A DNA stretch of 63,876 nt, filler included, from Candidatus Tectimicrobiota bacterium (GTDB taxonomy: Bacteria; JACPSX01): assembly GCA_016193065.1 (NCBI GenBank). It is 8 parts of 8 records of this genome, joined end to end, with 100 filler letters (N's around TTAATTAATTAA, not from the genome) between each part and the next. Parts side by side here need not be neighbours in the genome. Positions count along the whole stretch, not along the records: positions 42,132 to 46,811 come from JACPSX010000158.1; positions 46,912 to 56,296 come from JACPSX010000178.1; 6 more parts are not named here. One strand, 5' to 3'. The first letter of the stretch is position 1, and every line of letters begins with the position of its first letter. Shown in pieces: positions 42,418 through 51,723 of this stretch. A program made the translations under genes and the position numbers. The notes below the pieces were generated by a model, which was given only the letters and a program-made list of their open reading frames with translations, did no database searches and was not told the DNA's origin.

Positions 42418-45147
42418 TTGACAGGGAGAGGTCTATTGTCGTATTTCAGCCTCAAACGGAAACTCATCCTTCTCATTCTCGGAGTCTCTCTCCCGTTTTT
42501 CCTCCTGTGGGCCTTCGGATTTCAGAGCCGTATCCGGGATGCAACCGAGAGAGCAAACGCCAGGGTCGTGGCGATTGCCGAATCCAGTTCCAGTCAAGTC
42601 CACAACCTGGTGGAAGCCACCGAAAACCTCCTCCACCTCCTCTCGGAGGTGCCGGTTGTCAGAGATGGGGATCGCGCCGCGAGAGATGTTTTCCTGATCC
42701 GGATTAACGGCACCTTTCCGGCCATCTACAACATCCTTGTTGCGGATCGCGCCGGAAATGTTCGCGGGAGCGGACTCAATCCCAGTGTCCCTGTGCCCAA
42801 GACTGTAGGGGATCGCTCCTATTTTTCTCAGGCACTGGCCAGCAAAGAGCCGGTTTTGGGAGAGCCCATACTGGAGCGGTCTTCCCGCCGGATTATGGTT
42901 CCCATGTCGTTTGCCTTCCGGGATCGGGTTGGTAACCCCATAGGGATCGCGGTGGCGTTTCTCGATCCTCTGAGGCTCCAGGAAGCCTGGGCCGATATTT
43001 CCCTGCCGGCCAATTCGGTGATCACGCTGATTAATCAAGAGCGTCTCATCCTGGCTCGCAGCCTGCGGCCCGAGGTCTTTGTTGGAACGTACATTCCCGC
43101 GGATGCTCCCCTGGTGCGGCAGGTCCTGCGGGAAGGGCGCGGGGTTAGCCGGGCTACTTATCGCACCGACAAATTCACGCGCATTGCGGGATTTGCTCCG
43201 GTAGATGGGACTCCCTGGTACGTGGTCGTGGGAATCCCGGTCTCTGCGTTCTTTGGCCCGGTGTGGAAGCAGGCAATTCTCGAAGGGGTTTTGATGCTTG
43301 CTGCGATGCTTGTCGCACTGCTCGTGGCCGTCCGGCTCGGGAGAAGGATCGTGGGTCCCGTGGGCCAGCTTGTGGATGCTGCGGATAAACTGGCCCGAGA
43401 GGACTACGAGGGGGCCCGGGTCTCAATCCCATTGAGGGACGAGATTGGCCGCCTGGGGGACCGATTCGAGGAGATGCGGGAGAAACTTCACCAGGCAAAG
43501 CTGGAGAAGGAAGAGTGGCAAGATCAACTTGCCCGAGAAGTTGCCGCCCGCACGGCGGAGCTGTCTGCTCTCAACGATCTGGCCAACACGGTCAGTCAAT
43601 CCCTCAATCTGGACCAGGTCCTCGCTCTGGCTCTGGGAAAAGTTTGTGAGATCTGCGAGGTCCAAGACGGGACCATTTTCCTGTTGGAGAAAGCCACCCA
43701 GGAGATCGTGGTCAGGGTCCACCGTGGATTCCCCGGGGAGAAGATAGAACAGATCCGCCGCTTCAGGGTCGGAGAAGGGGTCATTGGCAGGGTGTTTCAA
43801 GAAAACTCCCCGGTCATAGTCGAGGACATTGCCCATGACACGTCCTATAAAAAGCTGACCCTCTTTTCCGAAGCCAGGATGCCGTTTCTGACTTCCATTG
43901 CGCAGCAAGTGGCCATGGCAATTGAGAATGCCAATCTGTACCAGGAGCTGAAAGAGGCTTACGAAGAGATCCAGAGGACCCAGGATCAGATGCTGCAAGC
44001 GGAGCGCCTGCGGGTCGTGGGCGAGATTGCCTCAGGGGTGGCCCACGATTTCAACAATATCCTGGTGAGCATTCTTGCCTACGCAGAACTCCTGCAGAGC
44101 CGCCTCCAGAATCCGGCCCAGGTCGAGAAAGGTCTCAAGGTGATTGAGAAAGCGGCTCTGGACGGCCGGGATGCGGTGCGTCGCCTGCAGGAGTACACGG
44201 GCCAGCGCCAGGCGAAGGATTTCCGTCTGGTGGATGTCCGTGAAGTGGTCCAGGATGCGGTCAACCAGACCCGGCCTCGCTGGTCTACCGAGGCTCGGAA
44301 GGAAGGAAGAGAAATCAAGGTCTCTTGCGAGCTCGGCGAAGTCCCGCGGGTTCTGGGGAGGGAATCCGATCTGCGTCAGGTTCTCGCCAACATGATCTTG
44401 AACAGCGTTCAGGCCATGTCCCAGAGGGGAGAGATTACCTTGCGGACCGCCTGTGCCCAGGGTGAGGTTCTCATCGAGGTGCGGGACAACGGACTGGGCA
44501 TGGGGCCTGGAACCCTGAAAAGAATCTTCGAACCCTTTTACACGACCCGCGGGTCTGCCGGCAGCGGGTTGGGACTTAGCATCGCCATGGGGATTGTCCA
44601 GCGGCATGGGGGCTCGATCCGCGTCCAGAGCCAGCCCGGGGGAGGGACCACGTTTACCATTTCTCTGCCGCCGGCGCCGGAAAGCACCGGCGCGCTTGAA
44701 GGAGAGACCCGTCGGGATAAGGAGAAGAAGCGCGGCGCCCTTATACTGGCTGTAGACGACGATCCCACCGTGCTGGAAACCCTCAAGGAAATTCTGATTT
44801 CGGGCAATCACCAGGTAGATGCGGTGGGAGGAGGGAAAGAGGCGCTGGATCTCTTCTCCCGCAAGACGTATGACCTGGTGATTACCGATCTGGGGATGCC
44901 GGAAATGAACGGCTGGGAGCTATGCCGGCGCATCAAAGACTTGAAACCCTCCCTCCCGGTGGTCTTGGTGACCGGATGGGGGGATCACATCGATCGCGAG
45001 AAGGCCAGCCTTCATGGCGTCGATTTCCTCATCGCTAAGCCCTTTGGGGTTTCCCAGGTCCTGAGCGATATTGATCGTGTGCTTGGCCAGCGCCTGGAGC
45101 CGGTGGTCAGCATGGATGAGGAAAAGCGGCGCCAGAGGTTGACTTAG
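42418..45147 (+). CDS. hybrid sensor histidine kinase (Cache-HAMP-GAF-HisKA-HATPase-REC)
   Basis: Two TM segments, DEIG HAMP, VAHDFNN, GSGLGL, ITDLGMP. Start uncertain. Confidence 0.93.
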   Translation: MTGRGLLSYFSLKRKLILLILGVSLPFFLLWAFGFQSRIRDATERANARVVAIAESSSSQVHNLVEATENLLHLLSEVPVVRDGDRAARDVFLIRINGTFPAIYNILVADRAGNVRGSGLNPSVPVPKTVGDRSYFSQALASKEPVLGEPILERSSRRIMVPMSFAFRDRVGNPIGIAVAFLDPLRLQEAWADISLPANSVITLINQERLILARSLRPEVFVGTYIPADAPLVRQVLREGRGVSRATYRTDKFTRIAGFAPVDGTPWYVVVGIPVSAFFGPVWKQAILEGVLMLAAMLVALLVAVRLGRRIVGPVGQLVDAADKLAREDYEGARVSIPLRDEIGRLGDRFEEMREKLHQAKLEKEEWQDQLAREVAARTAELSALNDLANTVSQSLNLDQVLALALGKVCEICEVQDGTIFLLEKATQEIVVRVHRGFPGEKIEQIRRFRVGEGVIGRVFQENSPVIVEDIAHDTSYKKLTLFSEARMPFLTSIAQQVAMAIENANLYQELKEAYEEIQRTQDQMLQAERLRVVGEIASGVAHDFNNILVSILAYAELLQSRLQNPAQVEKGLKVIEKAALDGRDAVRRLQEYTGQRQAKDFRLVDVREVVQDAVNQTRPRWSTEARKEGREIKVSCELGEVPRVLGRESDLRQVLANMILNSVQAMSQRGEITLRTACAQGEVLIEVRDNGLGMGPGTLKRIFEPFYTTRGSAGSGLGLSIAMGIVQRHGGSIRVQSQPGGGTTFTISLPPAPESTGALEGETRRDKEKKRGALILAVDDDPTVLETLKEILISGNHQVDAVGGGKEALDLFSRKTYDLVITDLGMPEMNGWELCRRIKDLKPSLPVVLVTGWGDHIDREKASLHGVDFLIAKPFGVSQVLSDIDRVLGQRLEPVVSMDEEKRRQRLT

Positions 45148-45455
45148 CCCGCCCTCATTTCCCAGGTACACCACACCTGATTGGAAAAATTGTGACAGCC
45201 CAATATTCTCTGTTCCCGCATGATTCTCATGTAGTCCCTGGATTCGATGTAGGCGCGCCAGGAATCCAGAGAATCGAACTCGATGGCCACAGCGACCTGG
45301 GGAGTGGTTTCCAGGGGGTTTCGGAAGGTGCGAAATTGCTGGACCCCCTGATGGCTAAGGGTCAAGGGGATCCAGTCGTTGCGGGCCTTGTTGGCGTAGA
45401 TCTCGAGATTGGCCTTCTGGGTGGGTAAATCCCACTGCATCATGTAGAGAATCAT
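45144..45455 (-). CDS. hypothetical protein, dimeric alpha+beta barrel-like
   Basis: FRTFRNP...IEFDSLDSWRAY; RBS GGGGG. Confidence 0.6.
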   Translation of the reverse strand: MILYMMQWDLPTQKANLEIYANKARNDWIPLTLSHQGVQQFRTFRNPLETTPQVAVAIEFDSLDSWRAYIESRDYMRIMREQRILGCHNFSNQVWCTWEMRAG

Positions 45456-45753
45456 AAGCTAAATTCCCCCTTCTTGACCTGTCACACTTGCGGATGGCAG
45501 CGGAGGATCGGTTCTTCCTTGCATCTCCGATCCAATCTCAAATTGAGTTTAACACAGAACGAGGGGGGTGGAAAGCGCGGCGGCTCTTACCCACACCGGT
45601 TTCTCATCGCGGCGTTGGCACATGGGCAAGGTCCTCGGGGGAGCCCCCTTGGGCTCCCGAAGAGTTTGCCGCAAGAGGAATACCAAGAGGAATACTGTGA
45701 TGAGAGACCGGGGTGCCCCTTGGGGCTCCAGTAAACTTTTGCGCGGCAGGGAA

Positions 45754-45867
45754 CCCTCGGGGTGCCCCCTTGGGCTCACGAAGCGCTTGCGACGAAGATG
45801 TGCTGGCCGGATCGAATGATGTCCGCCTCGCAACCGCTTAGATCGCCTGCGGGGGCAACCGCTCGGG
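45754..45867 (+). repeat. dispersed intergenic repeat family A
   Basis: 22-bp (45773-45794) and 35-bp (45826-45860) blocks identical to 63297-63318 and 63351-63385. Confidence 0.85.
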
Positions 45868-46085
45868 TTGACGTGGTTTTGAGGAGCGGCGCCTGCAAGA
45901 CTCTGTAGGAGCACCCCTGCGCCTGCCTGTGCGTGCCTGTCTGCGTGTCCGCACAGGCAGGTCCGCACGCAGACAGGTGGGTGCCCTCTATCGCAGCCGG
46001 CAGGCCATGGACAGGGCAGGCGGCGGTAGGTATGATGAAGAGAGACGGCAGCGCAAGTGGGGGCCAGGGAGAGGAGAGGGCGTTC

Positions 46086-46457
46086 ATGACGAGCGTGGAG
46101 CTTTACCTGAAAGGGAACTGAGAGAGTTCGGAAGAGGCCCGAGAGTTTCTCGTGGCACGGGGCATTTCCTTTACCGAACACAACGTCGACCGGACCCCTT
46201 TGGGGGAGCCGGGTACCCGCAAAGCGGGTGCACTGGACCTTGCCAAGGGCGTTAAGTGGATCTGGGTCAAATGGGGGAAGGCGATCATCCATAAGAACCT
46301 GGAGAGTGAACCGATTTCTCCGGGGGACTTACGTCGCTACCTGATCCATGAGGACGGCATGATGCGGGTTCCCGTCTTGATCTTGGGAGACACCCTGATC
46401 CGCGGGTACCTTCCTGACATGTATGAGCAGGTTCTATCCGGTTTTCAGAGCCGGTAG
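46086..46457 (+). CDS. ArsC/Spx-like thioredoxin-fold selenoprotein (UxxS; TGA 46119-46121)
   Basis: RBS AGGAG; MTSVELYLKGN-U-ESSEEAREFL...MRVPVLILGDTLIRGY. The TGA is at the first Cys position of the CxxC motif; hairpin at 46137-46156. Confidence 0.82.
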
Positions 46458-46548
46458 GGCGAGCCGCTTCCTTATCCCGGTTTCCGTGATTCCGCGGGGT
46501 TCATGTCGGGTTCATTCGCGATTCAGCGCAATGACCGTCATGGCAGTA

Positions 46549-46811
46549 CTACTTCTGATCCGCCAGAAGCTGACAGAAACTCCCGAAAGTTTCCCGGGCC
46601 AGAACCCGCAGTCGGGAAACCCGGTTCGGGAGATCTTCGCGAAGGGAAGCTTCCTGAATGTAATCCTTGACCTCCCGCAGTTCTCCAGAGAAGAGGGAAC
46701 AAAACTGATTGACCATCGCCTCGGTGATTTCCAGGTGAAAAAGGAGGCCGTAGGCCCGAGACCCGATCCGGAAAGCTTGATATGGGTAGAGCTCTGAGGA
46801 GGCCAGGGGAA
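46549..46811 (-). CDS. class I glutamine amidotransferase-like protein, 3' end
   Basis: LASSELYPYQAFRIGSRAYGLLFHLE. Confidence 0.8.
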
Positions 46812-46913
46812 NNNNNNNNNNNNNNNNNNNNNNNNNNNNNNNNNNNNNNNNNNNNTTAATTAATTAANNNNNNNNNNNNNNNNNNNNNNNNNNNNNNNNN
46901 NNNNNNNNNNNCC

Positions 46914-48407
46914 AAGCACCTGGAATACCTGGGACTGTCCAACCCGCGCAAGTGGCAGCCCTATGACGAGGACTGGAAGCTCCCCCCGAACTGGAAAGAG
47001 ATCATCCTGATGGGGATGAAAGAGAGGCTGGAGAAGTACCGCTCCTTCCGCCTGTTCATGGACATCTGCGTGCGCTGCGGGGCCTGCGCGGACAAGTGCC
47101 ATTTCTACCTGGGCTCCGGGGATCCCAAGAACATGCCAGTCCTGCGCGCCGAGCTCGTGCGCTCGGTCTACCGGAGGTATTTCACGCTCGCCGGCCGGAT
47201 CCTGCGCGGCCTGGCCGGAGCGCGCGATCTCACCGAAGGAGTCCTCAAGGAGTGGTTCTACTACTTCTACCAGTGCACCGAATGCCGGCGCTGCTCGGTC
47301 TTCTGCCCCTTCGGCATCGACACGGCGGAAGTGACCATGATCGTCCGGGAGCTCCTGACCCTGGTCGGGTGCAACATCAACTGGATCATGGAGCCGGTGG
47401 CGAACTCCTTTCGCACGGGAAACCACCTGGGCATCCAGCCCCACGGGTTCAAGGACAGCATGGACTTCGCCGTGGACGAACTCGAGGAGATCACGGGCGT
47501 CCGGGTGGAGGCCCCCATCAACCGCAAGGGCGCCGAGGTTCTGTTCGTGATCCCCTCCGCGGACTACTTTGGAACCCCCCACTACTACACTCTTCTGGGC
47601 TACCTCATGATCCTCCACGAGGTGGGGCTCGACTACACGTTCAGCGCCTTCGCGTCCGACGGGGGAAACTTCGGCCTGTTCACCTCCCACGAGATGAGCA
47701 AGCGGCTCAACGCCAAGATCTATGAGGAAGCCCGGCGGCTGAAGGTGAAGTGGATCCTGGGGGGAGAGTGCGGCCACATGTGGAGGGTGATCCACCAGTA
47801 CATGGACACCATGAACGGCCCCGACGATTTTCTCGAACCACCGGTCTCGCCGGTTACGGGGACCCGCTTCGAGAACGCCCGTTCCACCAAGATGGTTCAT
47901 ATTTGCGAATTCACCGCCGACTTGATTCACAACCGCAAACTCAGGCTGAACCCGAGCCGCAACGACCACTGGATTGTCACCTACCACGACTCCTGCAACA
48001 CCTCGCGGGCCATGGGTCTCCTGGAGGAGCCTCGCTACATCCTCAGGAACGTGTGCAACCGGTTTCACGAGATGCCCGAGAACACCATCCGGGAGCAGAC
48101 CTTCTGCTGCGGCAGCGGCTCGGGGCTGGGGACGGACGAGAACTTCGAGATGCGGATGAGGGGCGGGCTGCCCCGGGCCAATGCCGTCCGCTACGTGCGG
48201 GACCGGTTTGGTGTGAACCTCCTGGCCTGCATCTGCGCCATCGACAAGGCCACCCTCCCCCCCTTGCTGGCCTACTGGACCCCCGGGGTGGAGGTGGCCG
48301 GCGTGCACGAGCTGGTCGGCAACGCGCTGGTCATGAAGGGGGAAAAGGAGAGGGACACCGACCTGCGGGGGGAGCCCCTGAAGAAGGAGGTCGAGACTCA
48401 TGCGTGA
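46914..48407 (+). CDS. dsrK: DsrK (5' partial)
   Basis: CVRCGACADKC, CTECRRCSVFCPFGID, GECGH, HDSC, TFCCG; followed by dsrJOP. Confidence 0.94.
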   Translation, partial: KHLEYLGLSNPRKWQPYDEDWKLPPNWKEIILMGMKERLEKYRSFRLFMDICVRCGACADKCHFYLGSGDPKNMPVLRAELVRSVYRRYFTLAGRILRGLAGARDLTEGVLKEWFYYFYQCTECRRCSVFCPFGIDTAEVTMIVRELLTLVGCNINWIMEPVANSFRTGNHLGIQPHGFKDSMDFAVDELEEITGVRVEAPINRKGAEVLFVIPSADYFGTPHYYTLLGYLMILHEVGLDYTFSAFASDGGNFGLFTSHEMSKRLNAKIYEEARRLKVKWILGGECGHMWRVIHQYMDTMNGPDDFLEPPVSPVTGTRFENARSTKMVHICEFTADLIHNRKLRLNPSRNDHWIVTYHDSCNTSRAMGLLEEPRYILRNVCNRFHEMPENTIREQTFCCGSGSGLGTDENFEMRMRGGLPRANAVRYVRDRFGVNLLACICAIDKATLPPLLAYWTPGVEVAGVHELVGNALVMKGEKERDTDLRGEPLKKEVETHA

Positions 48408-48795
48408 CAGAGGGCTGATCCTCGGCGGGCTCGCTCTATTCCTGGGCCTGATTACCTTTCCCCTCTGGTACAACCTGGCGGCGGGAACGACGGCGAAGGG
48501 GCCGGACCCCAAGCGCCCCGTCCAGGAGAAAAACTGCGTGGAGCCGGTAGCCGTCATGAGGGCCTCCCACATGGATCTCCTGGTCGACTGGCGGGACCAG
48601 GTCGTCCGGCGGTCCGAGCGGGAGTTCACGGCCTTCGACGGCCGCACCTACTCCATGAACCTGACCCAGACCTGCATGAAGTGCCACACCAGCAAGGAGG
48701 AGTTCTGCGACCGCTGCCACAATTACGCCGGCGTCAAGCCCTACTGCTGGGACTGCCACATCGATCCCAAGCTGCTCGAGAGGACGAAAGGATGA
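48400..48795 (+). CDS. dsrJ: DsrJ triheme cytochrome c
   Basis: CVE...MRASHMDLLVDWRDQVVR, CMKCH, CDRCH, CWDCH. Confidence 0.95.
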   Translation: MRDRGLILGGLALFLGLITFPLWYNLAAGTTAKGPDPKRPVQEKNCVEPVAVMRASHMDLLVDWRDQVVRRSEREFTAFDGRTYSMNLTQTCMKCHTSKEEFCDRCHNYAGVKPYCWDCHIDPKLLERTKG

Positions 48796-49565
48796 AGATC
48801 CGGCGCCGGACATTCCTGGGAATCGCGGGACTCTCGGCCCTGGCCGTCGCCGAGCAGAAGATCCTGGGCAGGGTCGCCGGCCAGGGACGGAATGAAGCTT
48901 CCCCCCGGGCCACCGGCTCTCAAACCGCGCGCTGGGCCATGGTGATCGACCTGCGGGCCTGCCTCGAGAAGGAAGGCTGTACGGACTGCATCGCGGCGTG
49001 CCACAAAGTCCACAACGTTCCCGATTTCCGCAACGCGGCTCACGAGGTCAAGTGGACATGGAAGGAGCCCTTCGAGAGGGCCTTCCCAGGCCAGAAGAGC
49101 CGCTACGCAGGACAGGCCCTGCAAGGAGGGCCCGTCCTCGTGCTCTGCAACCACTGCGACAAGCCCCCCTGCGTGCGGGTCTGCCCCACGAAGGCGACCT
49201 GGAAGAGGGCGGACGGGATCGTGATGATGGACTGGCACCGCTGCATCGGTTGCCGGTATTGCATCGCGGCTTGCCCGTACGGGTCCCGCAGCTTCAACTG
49301 GCTGGACCCCAGGCCGCAGATCCGGGACCTGAAGGCGGACTTCCCCACCCGGAGCAAAGGCGTGGTGGAGAAGTGCAACTTCTGCGAGGAGCGCCTGGCC
49401 GCGGGGAAGCCGCCGGCCTGTGTGGAGGCCTGCCCGGAGAGAGCCCTGGTCTTCGGCGACCTGGAGGACCCCGCCTCCCGGGTCCGGGAGCTGCTCCGCA
49501 GCCGGTACGCGATCCGGCGCAAACCGGAGTTGGGTACGGAGCCCGAAATCTACTACCTGGTGTGA
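48792..49565 (+). CDS. dsrO: DsrO periplasmic Fe-S protein
   Basis: Tat motif RRTFL, CNHCDKPPCVRVCPT, CIGCRYCIAACPY, KCNFC. Confidence 0.95.
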   Translation: MKIRRRTFLGIAGLSALAVAEQKILGRVAGQGRNEASPRATGSQTARWAMVIDLRACLEKEGCTDCIAACHKVHNVPDFRNAAHEVKWTWKEPFERAFPGQKSRYAGQALQGGPVLVLCNHCDKPPCVRVCPTKATWKRADGIVMMDWHRCIGCRYCIAACPYGSRSFNWLDPRPQIRDLKADFPTRSKGVVEKCNFCEERLAAGKPPACVEACPERALVFGDLEDPASRVRELLRSRYAIRRKPELGTEPEIYYLV

Positions 49566-49575
49566 GGAGCTTGCG

Positions 49576-50757
49576 ATGTTCCTGTTCGAGAAAGCCGTCG
49601 TCGGCAGCCGCAGGTACTGGAGCTGGATCGGGATCCTTCTGGCCCTCATCCTGGCGGGTTTTCTCTTCTACCTCCGGCAGCTCCACTACGGCCTGGGGAT
49701 CACGGGGCTCTCCCGGGACGTGACCTGGGGCCTTTACATCGCCCAGTTCACCTTCCTGGTGGGAGTGGCGGCCTCGGCGGTCATGGTGGTCCTCCCCTAC
49801 TACCTCCACGACCACAAGGCCTTCGGCAAGATCACGATCCTGGGCGAGTTTCTGGCCATCTGCGCGGTGACCATGTGCATGCTGTTCGTGCTGGTGGACA
49901 TGGGGCAGCCCATGCGGGTTCTCAACGTGCTCATCTACCCCACGCTGAACTCCATCATGTTTTGGGACATGGTCTCCCTGGCGGGCTACTTGCTTCTGAA
50001 CGCCATTATCGCACTGGTCACGCTGCGCGCCGAGCTCAAGGACATGCCCCCGCCCGAGTGGATCAAGCCCGTCATCGTCGTTTCCATCCCCTGGGCCGTC
50101 AGCATCCACACGGTCACGGCGTTCCTGTACAGTGGGCTGCCGGGCCGCTCCTTCTGGCTGTCGGCGCTCCTGGCTCCCCGGTTCCTGGCCTCGGCGTTTT
50201 CCTCGGGCCCCGCCCTATTGATCTTGCTGACCCTGGCGATGCGCCGGCTCGGGAAGTTCGATCCCGGCCCGCAGGCCATCCAGAAGGTGTCCCTGATCGT
50301 CACCTATGCCATGATCATCAACGTGTTCTTCCTCCTCATGGAACTCTTCACAGTGTTCTACAGCCGGATCCCCGAGCACATGGAACACTTCGATTTCCTG
50401 TTCGCGGGATCCGGTGGGCAGACCATGCTGGTCCCCTGGATGTGGGCTTCCGTCCTGCTGGCCGCCGCCTCCCTGGTCCTGCTCATTGTTCCCCGGTACC
50501 GTAAGAACGAGAAGATCCTGGCGGTCACCTGCGGCATGGTCTTCCTGTCCATCTGGATCGACAAGGGTCTGGGCCTGATCGTCGGCGGCTTCGTGCCTTC
50601 CCCTCTCGGCGCGATCACCCGCTACGTCCCCACCCTTCCGGAAATGTTCATCACGTTGGCGATCTGGGGCGTCGGGTTCCTGATGGTCACGGTGTTTTAC
50701 AAGATCACTCTGGCGGTGAGGGAAAGCATGGAGGCCCTGGGGGCCCGGTGGAGTTGA
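49576..50757 (+). CDS. dsrP: DsrP (NrfD family) membrane protein
   Basis: SRDVTWGLYIAQFTFLVGVAASA, SIPWAVSIHTVTAF. Confidence 0.95.
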   Translation: MFLFEKAVVGSRRYWSWIGILLALILAGFLFYLRQLHYGLGITGLSRDVTWGLYIAQFTFLVGVAASAVMVVLPYYLHDHKAFGKITILGEFLAICAVTMCMLFVLVDMGQPMRVLNVLIYPTLNSIMFWDMVSLAGYLLLNAIIALVTLRAELKDMPPPEWIKPVIVVSIPWAVSIHTVTAFLYSGLPGRSFWLSALLAPRFLASAFSSGPALLILLTLAMRRLGKFDPGPQAIQKVSLIVTYAMIINVFFLLMELFTVFYSRIPEHMEHFDFLFAGSGGQTMLVPWMWASVLLAAASLVLLIVPRYRKNEKILAVTCGMVFLSIWIDKGLGLIVGGFVPSPLGAITRYVPTLPEMFITLAIWGVGFLMVTVFYKITLAVRESMEALGARWS

Positions 50758-50796
50758 CCGGGCCGGCGGCCGGGTTCGGAGTTGTGGAGCGACGCG

Positions 50797-51723
50797 ATGA
50801 CGGTTCTCCTGTTCGGGATCATCCTTGCAGCCTTTCTGGTGTTTGCCGTGGGCTGCGCGGTCCGGGTCGTGCGCTACGCCCGGCTCCCCCTGCACTTGAG
50901 GTGGGAGCTGTACCCCATCCCCCATGAGGAGCCCCATCGGGTGAAGTACGGCGGGTCTTACTTCGAAGAGGCGGACTGGTGGAAAACGACCCGGAAGTTC
51001 AACCTGCGGGGAGAACTGGAGTACATAGTTCGGGAGATTCTCTTCCTGAAGGGGCTTCGGGAGTTCAACCCTGCGCTGTGGCGTCGCTCCTTCCCCTTCC
51101 ACATGGGTCTTTACCTTCTGGCGACGACCATCGGTCTCGTGGTCTTCNNNNNNNNNNNNNTTCCGGGCCTCATGGCGAGCCCCCTGGGAGCGGCCCTGCA
51201 CTGGATCTACATCGCGACCGGATTCTCCGGTGCCGTCATGGCGATCCTGGGGGCCGTGGCGCTGCTCGTCCGCCGCCTCACCGACCAGGAGATCAGGACC
51301 TACACGACGCCCGGCGATCTTTTCAACCTCTGCTTTTTCATCATCTCTCTCGGGTGTCTCTTCGCGGGCTTTCTCCTGAAGGGCCCGGATTCCCCGAGCA
51401 CCGTAGCCTTTGCCCAGGCCGTCCTGACCTTCGACACCGGCGTAAAGATCCCCGGACTGCTCGCCGTGGGCTTGATCCTTTCGGCCCTCCTGATCGCGTA
51501 CATCCCCTTCACCCACATGTCCCACTTCATCGGGAAGTATTTCACCTACCACTCAGTCCGTTGGGACGACCGCCCCGTCCTGCCGGGGGGAAAGCTGGAG
51601 AGGAAGCTGGCCGAGTACCTGACCTACCGGCCCACCTGGAGTGCAGCACACGTCGGCGCCGACGGCTCGAAAACCTGGGCAGAGGTGGCCACGGTCAACC
51701 CCAGGCGGGAGACGAAGCCATGA
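50797..51723 (+). CDS. second DsrM-like (NarI gamma family) membrane cytochrome b, DsrM2; 13-N gap at 51148-51160
   Basis: HLRWELYPIPHE, FPFHMG, YIPFTHMSHF. Confidence 0.85.
   Translation: MTVLLFGIILAAFLVFAVGCAVRVVRYARLPLHLRWELYPIPHEEPHRVKYGGSYFEEADWWKTTRKFNLRGELEYIVREILFLKGLREFNPALWRRSFPFHMGLYLLATTIGLVVFXXXXXPGLMASPLGAALHWIYIATGFSGAVMAILGAVALLVRRLTDQEIRTYTTPGDLFNLCFFIISLGCLFAGFLLKGPDSPSTVAFAQAVLTFDTGVKIPGLLAVGLILSALLIAYIPFTHMSHFIGKYFTYHSVRWDDRPVLPGGKLERKLAEYLTYRPTWSAAHVGADGSKTWAEVATVNPRRETKP

Noticed and set aside
46860-48647. 595-aa minus-strand ORF and other long antisense ORFs (e.g. 35940-37142, 50215-51552)
   Set aside because: Shadow frames of high-GC3 genes (dsrK, glgB, dsrP); no recognisable motifs.
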